From Naegleria gruberi (Eukaryota): DNA of 64,000 nucleotides. The position numbers were made by a program, and so were the translations under genes. Under the pieces are notes generated by a model that saw nothing but the letters and a program-made list of their open reading frames with translations, was not told the DNA's origin and made no database searches. The stretch lies in assembly GCA_000004985.1 (NCBI GenBank), contig GG738898.1; one strand, written 5' to 3'. Shown in pieces: positions 10,501-23,564 of this stretch. How positions within the stretch are numbered: position 1 is the stretch's first letter; every line of letters begins with the position of its first letter.

Positions 10501-13500
10501 AAATGGATCGAAGCAAACTGAGCAAATCAGGATTGCCACTATCTAAGCAACTCCATGTCCATGTTTCCACTGATTCATAATTGATGGCATCCTCTGGATC
10601 ACTGTATTCCACTTTAATGACTGTATATGTCTTTCTGGATTCTAATTGAACAAGATTTAGATAGAGGTCTGGAGATTTTGTTGTCAATGTCACAGTAGAG
10701 GTTGAGGAGAGTGTTGGATTTGAAGCATAGTAAGCTTTCACTGTGAATGAGTAGCTCACACTTCCAAAAGTTCTCAATCTAGAAATGTACAAATTGTTAA
10801 ACTTGTCTACAGTGAATTCTATGGCAGGCCCTGATGTTTGAGCCCAATCAATTGTAACAGATTCTGATGCACATGTTGACTGAGTAACAACCTTCTTGAT
10901 TGAAGAAGGAAAATCTGTTGTGAGCTTTTCAACCAAGGATGGAGCCATCACTAAAGGAAGAGGTTTCTCAGACTTGACAAATTCCCTCGAATATACATAA
11001 GGACTAATAGTATTCAATGAAGGGCTATGGACCTGAAGCATCATTCTATATCTTCCAGCTGGAAGTGATGCTTCCAACTTGATAATAGCTTGATTGGGAT
11101 AACTATTAGATACAATTTCAAAGGTAGTTGCATCGAGTAAGGACCAATAATAGCTCAATTGCTTTCCATCATTGGAGTGGCTCAGAGTGCCATCTACACT
11201 AATTTCATCACACGAACTAAACATGTCTATATTGGCCATACTAATGAAGGCAGTTGGGGTGTTATTCTGTAAGGGCATGACAACTGGAATGGAAATATAT
11301 TCCTCTCTGGTTGTTAAGTTATTGTATCTATCGTAGACGAGTGTATTCAATTTGATTGATTGACCACTTTCTAATGTATAATCAATTGAACCAAAAGTGA
11401 TCATGAAAGCATAGCTTGCCTTATTCAAATATTTACATTTCACATTAGAGAAGGAACCATAAACATTTCTGGACCTATCTTCTGAACTGATAAGATTCGA
11501 GCACGGAATTTCCACACCAGTAAATGCTGTTGGGAGGTTGAGTTTAAATACTAATCCAGAAAAATCGGAAAGAATAGTGGCAGGTCCTTCAATCTTGGTT
11601 GCACAATTAATTCCATAATAGCCATTCAAACAAGTGTCACATAAGGAGCCATTCCAGAATCCACGTTCAAAACTTGAATAACATTTGCAAGTCAAATCAG
11701 ATTTACATTCTCCATTATTGAAACAATTATTTGCACAAGTACTATTTACAACAGTTGTTGGAGTACTGCTTGAATTATTGCTAGTATTGCTAGTTGCATT
11801 GTTTGAAATCGGTGGAACTATAACCTCGTTACTTGTGTTGTTTGTTGGAGTGGTTGAGTTTTCATTGGGAATGGTAATGTTTGGATGTAATTGTTCTGAA
11901 CAATTAAATCCCAAGTATCCATCCTTACATTTACAAGTGTCAAAATCAGTACACTGACCATTACCAGAACATACTAACTCAGATGTGGATTTAACAGAAA
12001 AGCAAGTTGTGAAATTACAGTTTGGTCCAAAATATGGCAAGTTACAGTCACAATGATTGAAAGATTCACACCTACCACGGGATTGACAAACAAGGGATTC
12101 ATTACTCAATACACCAAAACAACTTGTCACAGAGCAATCACTTCCAAAGCTATTTGGTTCACATTCACAAGTGTCCAAGTCTGAACAAACTCCTCTTTGA
12201 GAACAAACAGTCATATCTAACTTGGATTTACCGTAGCAATAAAAGTGAGAGCAATCTGGGCCAGAGTATCCTTTGTTGCAGACGCACGTATCATGACTTG
12301 TACAACTACCACGGCCAGTACACGTCTCAGAGCTATTGGACGATTTTGAAAAACATGTAGTCAACTCGCAATTCATTCCAAAATAGTTTTCAGCACATTC
12401 ACATTGGTCGAACTCAACACATTTTCCTCTGGAATTACACACAGAAGAGGAATTTGATGGAATATTGTGGCATAGAGGAATTTCACAATTAGATCCAGTA
12501 TATGAAGAATTGCAAGAGCAATGATTTAAGGTGGAACAATTTCCTCTTGAATTGCATACATTTGGATCATGAGAAGAAATTCCAAAACATGTAGTGTACT
12601 GACACCAAGGTCCTGCATACTCTGATGGACAATGGCACTCATCAACCTTTGAGCAATTTCCAACAGAATTACATACTTTGGAAGAGTTTGAGGCAATTCC
12701 AAAACATGTAGCCAACTCGCAATTTCTTCCTGTATACTTTTCATTACATGTACAATTATCTGGTGAATGGCAAGGGCCGTGATAGCTACAAACTGAAGAA
12801 TTACTATCCTTAATACCAAAGCATAGAGAACCAAAGCAATTATCACCATAAGAGCCGTGGTTACAAATACATGTATTCGAATCGGTGCATGAACCATGTC
12901 CAGAGCAAACACTGGATTGGTTATTCATTACACCAAAGCACTTGTAATTTTCACAATTGGATCCATAATAACCTGATTTACATTCACACAGATTGTAATC
13001 TTTACAAGAACCATGCGCAGAGCAAACATAAGAATCATTAGAAGCAATACCTGCACAATAGCTCTTTTCACAGTTGGTTCCAAAGTAGTGAGCTGAACAA
13101 GAACACTTATCGGCAGAGATACATTGGCCATGAGAGGAACAAACTGAGGAAACATTACTTAAAACTCCATTACATTGTGTTACTTCACAATGCTTGCCAA
13201 AATAATCCTTTAAACATGAGCAAGTCTCAATGTCAATACAAGTGCCCCTTCCTGAACAAACTTTAGTATCGGTACTGAGTGTACCATTGCATTTGAATAG
13301 TTCACATTTGCTTCCTGAGTAACCACTCTTACATGTACAGTTATTGAAATTAGAACAGGTACCATGAGAAGAACAAACTGAAGAGCTATTAGAAAGAGTT
13401 CCATAACATGAAGAAACCTGACAAGTTGAACCATAGTAATTTGCTGAGCAGATACAATTATTGAATGAGCTGCAATAACCATGTGAGTTACAAACACTTG

Positions 13501-16500
13501 GAGATGTTGAAAGTTGAGAGCCGCAGGTTGTAATCTCACATCTAGACCCCGAGTAATGATCTTGACACGTGCAAGTGTTTGGGGATGTACAATTTCCATG
13601 TGAGCTACACACAAGAGATGAATTGCCTGTTGTACCATTACATATTGGAATTTCACACCTACTTCCCAATGAATTTGATGAACAAGCACATGTATCAGTA
13701 TCTACACATGTTCCATAACCAGTGCACACTTTTGGAGATGTATTCTTGATGCCAAAACAATAGTGTTCTGAACAATTTTGCCCAAAGTTACCTTGAAGAC
13801 AAGAGCAATTATTAAACTCTCCACAAATTCCCTTTCCAGAACAAACAGAGCTAATGTTTGATAGGAATGAATAGCAAGAAGTAATTTCACATTGACTTCC
13901 CATGTAATTATTCAAACATGAGCATGTATTGAATCCAACACATGTTCCCCTTGATGAACAGACAGATGTATCATTACCAAGTTTTCCGTAACATTTAGAG
14001 ATGGAACAATTATTTCCGTAATAATTATTGGAACAAACACAAGTGTCAATATCCACACATGTTCCTCTTCCAGAGCAAGTCTTGTTCGAATAGTAAGGAA
14101 TGTCGTAGCACTTGTAATCAGAACATGTGCTGCCATAGTAGGTGTGATTACATTGACAATTATTGTAACTAATGCAGGAACCTCTTCCAGAGCATACATA
14201 CTTGCTGTTAGAGAAAACTCCAGAACAAGTAGTCAATTCACACCATTGTCCCAAATAGCCAGTTTTACAAAAACAAGTATCAGGTGCTATGCAACTACCA
14301 TGCGAATTACATACAGTGGTATCATTGGAAAGTGTTCCATTACATTGAACCACACTGCAATCCATTCCAGAATAGCCAATATTACATTTGCAAGTATCAG
14401 GACTAGTGCATGATCCTTGACCACTACAGACAAAGGTAGAATTGGATGAAGAAATTCCATAGCAACTTGTCTCCTCACAATACTCTCCAAAATATCCACT
14501 ATTGCATTCACAAACTTCGTTGGCAATGCATGAACCCCTTCCTGAACAAACAAAAGATTCATTATTACTTAGCATGCCATTGCAAATGTAGAGCGAACAA
14601 TCTGTTCCATAAGCTCCATAATTACACTTACAGCTGTTGTAGTCGATGCATTGTCCATTTCCAGAACATGTACTATTGTCATTGGAGTTGATACCATAGC
14701 ATTTTGTAAAGTTACAGCTGTTGCTTAAATATGGCTCAAATGGATCGAAACTCTTTGGTGGTTCAAATATGACACTCTCTAAAATAACATACGAGTTGAG
14801 AGCCCATATAGATCCAGCAACTGTTCCATGCACGTATAGATAGTCATCCTTGGTGGCTGATATAACAGTACCAGCTATTGGTTTTGTGGAAGAACCCCAC
14901 ACTTGTGATGAAGATCCAACCACCCAGTATAAATTTCTATGTGAGGCACAATTTAAAAAGGTAATACTTGAATTTGCATAATAGAGTGACGGAACCTTAA
15001 TTACTACTGGCTCTGTTCCAATAATAACAATATTTTGAGTTGGTTTTACAAACCAATTTGTTAAAAAACAAAGAACAGCTCCATTTCTAATGATTAGAGT
15101 TGAAGAGACATTGGTTGAGGTTAAGTATTGTGTACATGCCATATTTTGAATGAGATCAATTGATTTTGTCATTTCATCAACAAGCATCTGGCCAATTGGC
15201 TCAGAGGTCAAAACAATTGAAGCATTCTTATTTGGCAAGTACGGGAAGTATGAATATTCTTGTAATTCTAAAACCATACTAGCTGTCAATAACTGATACT
15301 CTCTTCCTATTGAGGAAATGACATGTTTTGAGCAGATCACTTTGTAACCGGCGAATATATCAGTCTTGAGTTTTTCGCAATTTTCACCTCCAAATCTATT
15401 TCCACATTGGCAAGAATTGAAATCAACACATTTTCCATTTCCAGAGCAAACATTGCTATCATTGGATGGGATACCGTGACATGAATTAATTTCACAGAAA
15501 GGACCATCATAATTAAGAAAACATTTGCAAATGTTGTAGTCTGTACAAGTACCATGTGAGCTACAAACTGAGGAAACATTTCCAAGAGTTCCATTACATG
15601 TTGTAATAGAACAATTTAAACCTAATCTGTTAGCTCCACATTGACATGTGTCTGGACTTGTGCATGAGCCATGGCCAGAGCACACTGAACTATTAAAATT
15701 ACTCACTCCAAAACAGTCATAATTGGAGCAATGGTTTCCATAGTATTTGTCTGAGCAGGTGCAATTTTCAAAAGAAGAACATTTTCCATGAGTAGAGCAA
15801 ACCAAAGAATCATTTGAAAAGATGTTTCCACATTTTGTTATATCACACTCCTGTCCATAGTAATGTTCTTCACAAGAACAATTGTTAAATGGCCAACAGA
15901 TTCCTCTTCTGTGGCATACCTCACTGTGATTGGAGAGAATTCCAAAACACAATGTCATTTGACAGAATTCTCCAAAATAATTTGAGGAACAATTGCACAT
16001 ATCATTAGCTGTACACGATCCATAACCATTGCAAACATTAGTGTCATTACTAAAAGTTCCATTACATTTAGAAATTTCACACTCATATCCAATGTAATGC
16101 TCAAAACAAGAACATGAATCTTTTTGAGAACAATTTCCTCTTCCACTACAAACAAAACTATTATTCATATTACTCACACCAAAGCATTCGAAATATTCAC
16201 ATTCAGAACCCGAATATCCAGGTTGGCAAGAACAATTATTGAAATCATTGCACTGCCCAAATCCCTTACAAACGAGTGAGGAGTTTTGTTGAATACCAAA
16301 GCAGGTTACAAACTCACAATATTTTCCGTAATACCCTTCTTTGCATTGGCATGTTTCTGGTGCAATGCAAGTTCCTCTTTCTCCATGACATTCTCCTATC
16401 GTACCATTACAAAGAGGTATTTCACACTCTGATCCTCCGTAGCCCAAAGTTGAATTGCAAGAACAGTTATTGGATGATATGCATTTACCTCGTTCATTAC

Positions 16501-19500
16501 AAACAAGTGGAGAGCTGTATGAATAATTTCCACACACATAGTCAGGCGCAATTTCCAAAATCGTAGTATTGGTACTGTTTGAAGGTTCTGAAATATTAAC
16601 CGAAAATGAACAATTCCCACACAAAGTTTGATTCCAATAAGTTTCATTGAGGGGATTGCTATTATTCGAAACTGTAATGTTTTGCTGCGTATTGGTACTG
16701 TTCATAGTAATGGTTTCATTTGAGAATAGAGTGGAAGAATTTAAAGTATAGTTTTCTGAGGGTGTACTATTGAAACCTAAAGTAGTACTATTGGTTTCCA
16801 CACATGATGAACAATTAGCTGTTGTATTGGAAGAAATACTCTCATTATAGATTGTAGAGTTGGATATTTCTAATGTGCTACTACTGGTTTGATTGTTAGA
16901 GATTTGATTATCAGAATTGTCTTCATGTTTGGTTTGATTGTTAGAATGGCTGGTTTGATTTTCACTTGAGGAGGAAAAATTCGATAGAATATTTGTGGAA
17001 TTATTTGTGAGAGTTTCATTCAAGGTTTGGTTGAATGTTTGAGAATTATCTTCCAATTCTCTTCCAAATTTGTGCGCTGAGTTGTTCAAAGTGCAATTAC
17101 TTCCCACTGGACAGTTTTCTAAAGCTGTCGCATTTTCCAGCAGAGAGCTAGTTGTCTCATTGAGTGATGAGGTATTAAGAGTGGTGGAGTTCTGAGAGAA
17201 TACAGTTCCATTCACTGTGTTATTTGACTGGAAAGAAGTGTTCCACGAAGCAATTTCACTACTGGAATTAGTTGTGCTCTCAAAAGTAGTGTTGAACGTG
17301 AACGTATGATTCGACAGAATTCCAGTGCTGTTCTCCAGACCTGTTTGATTGAAAATAATTGATGAGTTCATGCTGTTATTACAATCGGGAGATGTTACAT
17401 TGAGAGAGGTATTGATCCAAATCGTGCTGTTTCCTCCTTCATACGTATCAGAACTGTTGTAATGTTGAAGGATTGTTCCATTTGAGGTACTAGCATTATA
17501 ATTTTCACTGCTTGTAGTATTTTCCCAAACGGATGAATTGGAAAAGATAGTCGATTCGTTAGAGTAGGAAGTGAAATTCGATTGTGTGCCATTCCCCATG
17601 AACCATTCAGTTGAATTAGTAACAGATGTACTGTTCTTGTCTAAGGTTTCATTTGTACCATAAAGACAAGTATCACATGTGATGTTCAACACTGTGTAAT
17701 TGGAAAAGTTTGAAGAGTTACTAGTCAAACTCTGATTGGTGGCCAATTCGGTGTTGTTAAGACGAACATTTGAAAAATTTCCTGTAGAATTGCTTCCTAC
17801 TTCTAAGGAATTGTTGGTTACATTATTTGTACTGGTAGAATTATCAGAAATGGTGGTATTAGTATTAGTTCCAGTAGAATTATCCGAATCAGTTCCGTTT
17901 GTTTGACCAACAAAGTTAGTTCCATTATTTGATTCAGTAGTATTACTTGAAGAGGTGCCATTTGATGGAGTATTATTAATAGTTGAATTAGTGTTTGTTT
18001 CATTAGTATAAATAGTTCCATTATCCAATTCAGTAGAATTAGAAGAGAAAGGAATGGTTTCATTGAACGAAGTATGTTCGTTTGTAAGATTGTGATTTGT
18101 TATATTACTTTTGGTATTTTCTAACTTGGTTTGATTTACCATATTTGTAGCATTGAGCTGTGTATTGTTTGCTAAATTCGATGAACTATTAAGGGACAAG
18201 CTATTTGTCTCATTTGAAAGGATTGTGGAATTTATGACAGTTTGATTTTCTCCTTGAAATATTTCAGTTACTGTCCCATTATTGAATGGAGAGGTACTAT
18301 TCTCATAACTTTGGTTGTAAAAGCTTTGATTAGTGACAACGGAATAGTTTACAGTGGTGTGATTAAAGTCGTGAGTTATGTTGCCATGTACTACACTACT
18401 GTTGCTCACTGAATTATTCTCAGCCCTTTCAGTTATATTTAACACTGTAGAATTTCCTTCAGATTCACTAACTTTTCCTTTTGTTGGTATTGAATCATTA
18501 AGATTTTCACTGCCATTCTTTGAAATAGGATTACTTGAATTTGTAAGTTCCGTATTGTTTTCTGCTATTAAAGAAGTATTAGAAATACTGTGGTTTGTTT
18601 TTTCATGGTTTGTATTATTCAAAATGGTGCCATTAATTGTTTCATTCAAAGATATAATAGAGCTGTTACTACTTGTAAAGTTATGCATTTCTGTATCATT
18701 AAGCTGAGATCTGGTAATATTATTATAAATAGACTCATTAACAAATGATATCTGTGTTGCATTAAGAGATACAGAATTGTTAGACAATAGAGTATTATTC
18801 TCTTCGGAGTATCTCGTAAAGTTAGCATGGGTTTGATTAAGATTAGTACTATTTATCAGTGTGGAATTATTTTCATTCACTGTTCTATTCAATTCAGAAT
18901 GGTTATGTGGAGGTGTTTCAGTGCTGTTTTCTACAACTTTGTTTGAACTATTGCTGAATGTTGAATTCCACTGGTCAGTGACATTGAACGAAGTATTTGA
19001 AAGTGGATTTGTTGAATTGAGTAGACTTGAATTTGATACAGTACTTTGGTTGCCAAGGGAGGAGCTGTTCCCAAAGGTTTCTGTTCTGTTTACAAATTCG
19101 TTTGTGTTGTTATCCAAAGAGTTTGATCCTGTTATGTTACAGTTTGTATTATTTAAAGCAGCTGTAGTATTACTATTCTCTGTTGCATTAGCAAATCCGA
19201 AAGTGCCATTAGATAAGGAATTGTTGAAAGTTGCAGTATAACCCAAGTTTAGGGAATTGTTTGAATTTGTATTGGTGATGTTTCCTAATTGTGTACTTTC
19301 TGTGTAATTTAAATCATTCGTAGAATTAGAAGAAGTGAAATTCTGATTTGTACTGTTATTGGTATGTTCATTACTTGTATGGTTTGTTGTTGTGTTATTT
19401 TCCACCAATGAATTATTTAGTGCTGTAGTGTGATTTTGAACAAAAGTCTCATTGTTCAAGGTTTGTGTGTTATTTACACCAAATAAAGTCTCATTATTCC

Positions 19501-22500
19501 CTGATTTTCCTTCCAAAGTTTGATTCCTGGTTTCGTTTAAAAAACTTGAATTAGTGATAGCAGTATTATTTTCCAATACTGAAGATTGATTGTGTAACTT
19601 TGTGTTATTCTCAAATAGAGTGGTATTAATTGTCTGAGAATCGTCGATCATAGACGTTGCGTTAGTGTTAATTGTGAGATTCTCATTATTAACTGTAGAG
19701 TTTGTTTCAATACTGGGTACAGATGAGCTATTCTGATTCTCAGTTTGGTTGTACCTACTATGAAGAGACTCGTTCCCTATCATTGTTTTGTTTTCATTTA
19801 TCAGGGTGTCATTATTTACAAGAATTGTAGAACTAATAGATCCATTGAGGTACGTATCATTGAGTTGAAAGGTAGATTCATTAAGGAAGTTTAGACTTGA
19901 ATTCAAATTTGTATAGTTCACAGATATTGAAAGTGTTTGATTTTGTGATTTGATATTGACAAAAATGGAACTGTCATTCCTCAGAGTTTCGTTCAATGTT
20001 ACATTACCAACTGTGGTGACTTTGGTAGAATTTTCTGAAGAATTTCCATTCAAGAAACCGGTTTGGTTACTTATTGCCGTTCCATTTTCGGCAGGCATTG
20101 TTTGCTTTTCGAAAGTTGTAGTGTTGTTTTCAGCAAAACTATTATTTTCGGGCCTTGTGGTATTTTGAGTGGAAACTGTAATAGACATATTGCTAGAAAT
20201 TTCTCTGGTGATGTTGGAGTTTGTCATATTAGGATTAGTATTTGCCAAGTTATTAACCACTGAGCCGTTTTCCTGCAACGTTTGATTTCTTGTTTCCAAG
20301 CTGTCATCAGATCTAGATGTCGAGTTACTAGCAATACTGGTATTTGTTATTGAAATAGTTGTGACATTACTTTGTTCAGTGTTGTTCCAATTGGTTGAGT
20401 TCATTGTTTTGTTGCTTTCAAGGTTTTCTAGTGTTAAGTTCTTTGAAGACGTTTCATTAAGAAAAACGGTTTTGTTTGTAATAGTATCTTGTGAAGAATT
20501 ACCTCCGTTAGTATTATTGCTAGTGGTGATATTGAAAGATTCTGTGCGATTGATAAATAAATCAGAAGTGTTGTTTAGCACAAGCAATGAACTGTTAAGG
20601 TTAGTGGAGTTCTCAAGTGTTATGGTTGAATTGATTGAGATTGTTGAATCATCCAAAACAAACTGGTTTGTATTATTCAAATCTGTTGAATTACTTGTTT
20701 CATTCACCAATAATACGGAGGTATTAGAATAGCTATTGGAGAGTGTGTTATTCTCAATAGCATCAGTTGTATTTAAGCCTGTTGAATTCACAATTGATAA
20801 ACCTGATTCGTTAGAATGGTTTGAATAGTTATCAAACTTTGAGCTGTTGCTCCCGGTTAATGAAAAGTTGGCTACATCATTAAAAGTTGAATTATTAACA
20901 AGACCATGTGATTGACCCGAGGGACCGCTAATTGTTTGGTTTTCTGGGAAATGACTAGTGTTGAGCCTTGTTGTATAATTTGAATCAAGAGTGTTATTAG
21001 AAATAATGTCTGAACTAGCATTATTGGAAATTCTTGTACTATTCCCAGTGGTCATGGTACAGTTATTTGAATCATTAGAAGTAATATTTGAAACAGTACT
21101 ATTTGAAATTGTTGAATTGTTCACTGTTTCATTTCCTTGCTTAGTAGCTATGGTTGCATTCAAATCAACAGAGGAGTTGGATGGAACACTTGGAATATTA
21201 GATTCGTTTGAAAAATTTGTAATATTATCAAACCTAGAGCTGTTTCTCCCATTCAAAGTTGAGTTTGTAAGGTTATTAAATGTTGAATTCTCGAATGTCG
21301 ATAGGTTACTCCCACTCAGTGACGAGTTGGTAACATCTTTTAAGGTTGAATTATTAACTGAAGTAATGTTGGTTTCATTCTCAATACCAAATGATTGATT
21401 TGAGGGACTACCACTATTTGATAATGTTTGGTTTTCGGAGCTATAACTCGTGTTCACACTAGTTGCATTTTTTGAATCAACAGTGTTATTATTAGTCATG
21501 TTTGAACTAGTATTAGATAGTATTGTATTGTTAAAAGTTTCATTTCCTTTTTGTATAACAGTTGAATTCAATTCTAAAGTAGTATAGTATATACTTGTAT
21601 CATTTTGTTCAATAGATGAATTATTTGATAAGACGGTCTCATTTAGAATAACAGATCGATTATTCCAAGTACTGTCACTTGCATTTGTTTCATTTAGTGT
21701 GACAGTTACGTTATATGTCAGACTTGTATTGAAACTGGTCTCATTCTTAATTTGTCCATAAGAATTGTTCATTGAGGATGTTTCATTTGGATGAATTAAA
21801 GTCTCATTAACATTTACATCTGATTGGTTTGATGCTGTGTAAGTACTATTCCTTCCTGGACCAGTAGAGTTATTGAAAGTCGTCTCGTTGTTAGATGTTG
21901 AATTGTTTGATGTCAATTCACTTTCGTTGAATGTTGTATTTGAAGATGATCCAGTATCGTTTTGTCCATTACTGCTAACATTTAAACTTGTTTGGTTTGT
22001 TAAAGAAGTATTGGAATACATAGAAGAGTTGGAAACTGGTTCGTTAGTAAAGGGTGTATGTTGATCGGTTGCATTGTCCAGTAATGTCGAGTTATTAACG
22101 ACGTACGAGGTAGTATTGCTCTCAAAATAGGATGTATTGCTCTCTACATTTAGCTCCGTAGTGCCATTACTGACTTGTGAATCAGTTGTTTGGTTATCTT
22201 CTCTAAATATTCCAGTACTATTTGTTGAACTAGTATTATTTACAAGACTACTATTATCGCTAGAAATAGTAGCATTATCAAAACTAAAGTTCTTGGCGGA
22301 TGAGGTATTAACTGCCTCTGTGATTGTGGAAGTATTACATGCCAAACCGGTGTATCCATCTGTACAATTGCAAGTATTAAAATCAACACAGGTTCCATAT
22401 CCACTGCAAGTTGATGAGCTGTTCGATTCCACATCAAAACAGTATGTATATTGACAATGTGTTCCAAAGAACTGTTCCTCACATGTACATGACGACGTTT

Positions 22501-22945
22501 CATTACTGAGCCAAGAACAGTTACCATGTCCTGAACATGTGATCATGGTACTGTTATTATACTCACTTTCATTCCATGTCTTGGCTATCGAAGAACACTC
22601 CACATACTCGCACTCTTCTCCATAAAATCCCAACTGGCATTCACATTCAGTGTCATTTGTACAATTTCCTCGTCCAGAGCATATATTTATGCTAAGATTA
22701 TCATCAGTGAATAGCCTTAATTTGCAACTGTTGTGTCCCGATGATGATGTAGCAATTACTTTCGATAAAATTGCTCTCTGAATTATTAAGCATTGTATCA
22801 CCAATATTATCATGATCATAATATTTGTTATTGTTGTTATTCGCGTTTTCCATTTTACTCGCCTCCACACTTTGAATTTCTCATCCAAAAAGGTTGCTCC
22901 TTCACACGTATGATGATGAGAGTGAAGATGAACACGAATCGGCAT
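7546..22945 (-). CDS. Giant (>5,100 aa) single-exon surface protein: signal peptide, EGF-like (tenascin/ComC-type) repeats, ~1,600-aa NxS/T sequon-dense stalk, ~60 EGF-like repeats, beta-rich REJ/PKD-like region, GPS motif, one TM helix, Ser/Thr/Pro-rich cytoplasmic tail
   Basis: This is an uninterrupted 15.4-kb minus ORF from ATG at 22945 to gap 7545. The EGF repeats follow a ~33-aa periodicity of C..SG.G.C.....C.C...Y.G..CE. A GPS-like ...C..F...YSCSLQLKNDTHAYCKCSHFTNVFVIQ sits immediately before TM VAAAVFSAAIVCGLSCMFLLLFLVCFF at about 8440-8520. Codon usage is consistent throughout. Confidence 0.85.
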
Positions 22946-23564
22946 TCTATATTATTATCGTTATGTTGTTTTTATTTGGGCGCTTAATGGTCCAAAACAG
23001 AAGCAACACTTCGTGGTTATATTATTTTTAAGGCTCTGAGGAAAATGAAGATGCGCACTATACCCTTCCTTAGGTTCGAGTTGGGAGAGATGATTTTTTA
23101 CTCGAATGGAAAACACAAGCGATGGTGGTGGTTTTGTTTGTTATTTTCTCTTGTTGTTGTTTATTTCATTATTGATTCAAGTGCAAGATAATGGTTGTAA
23201 CTAACTTAGCCATTTGGTTAAAGGAAGATATTGAGGAAGTTTTGCTGTAGACCTTCGGAAGATGTGCTTAATTAAAGGAATGGATATGGCGAAGTGTTGA
23301 TGAAAGATTCACCAAAAAGGAGCTGAAGGGAAATTGCATTTGGCCTCTTTGAGAAAAATCTAATCGTAGAGGGGCAATTAAATTAAAGATGTGTCGTAAA
23401 GTTGATAAGATTATAAGATACAATCTTGCAAGATTGGAATTCATCACAGCAAAGGTAAATAACCAAGTGAAAAATCAATCAGTAATTCTACAAAGTTTAT
23501 TGGAAAAGTGAATGTGGACATGTTGCAATAGTTTTTGATAATTTCCATTCAATACCACAACCTA

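Noticed and set aside
7695-22527. Dozens of 60-160 aa ORFs on both strands inside 7546-22945, for example 13210-13689, 12526-12912, 18378-18707 and 20991-21398
   Set aside because: They are embedded in or antisense to the 15.4-kb giant ORF. The low-complexity, repeat-rich template generates long spurious frames, and none has domain content or independent support.
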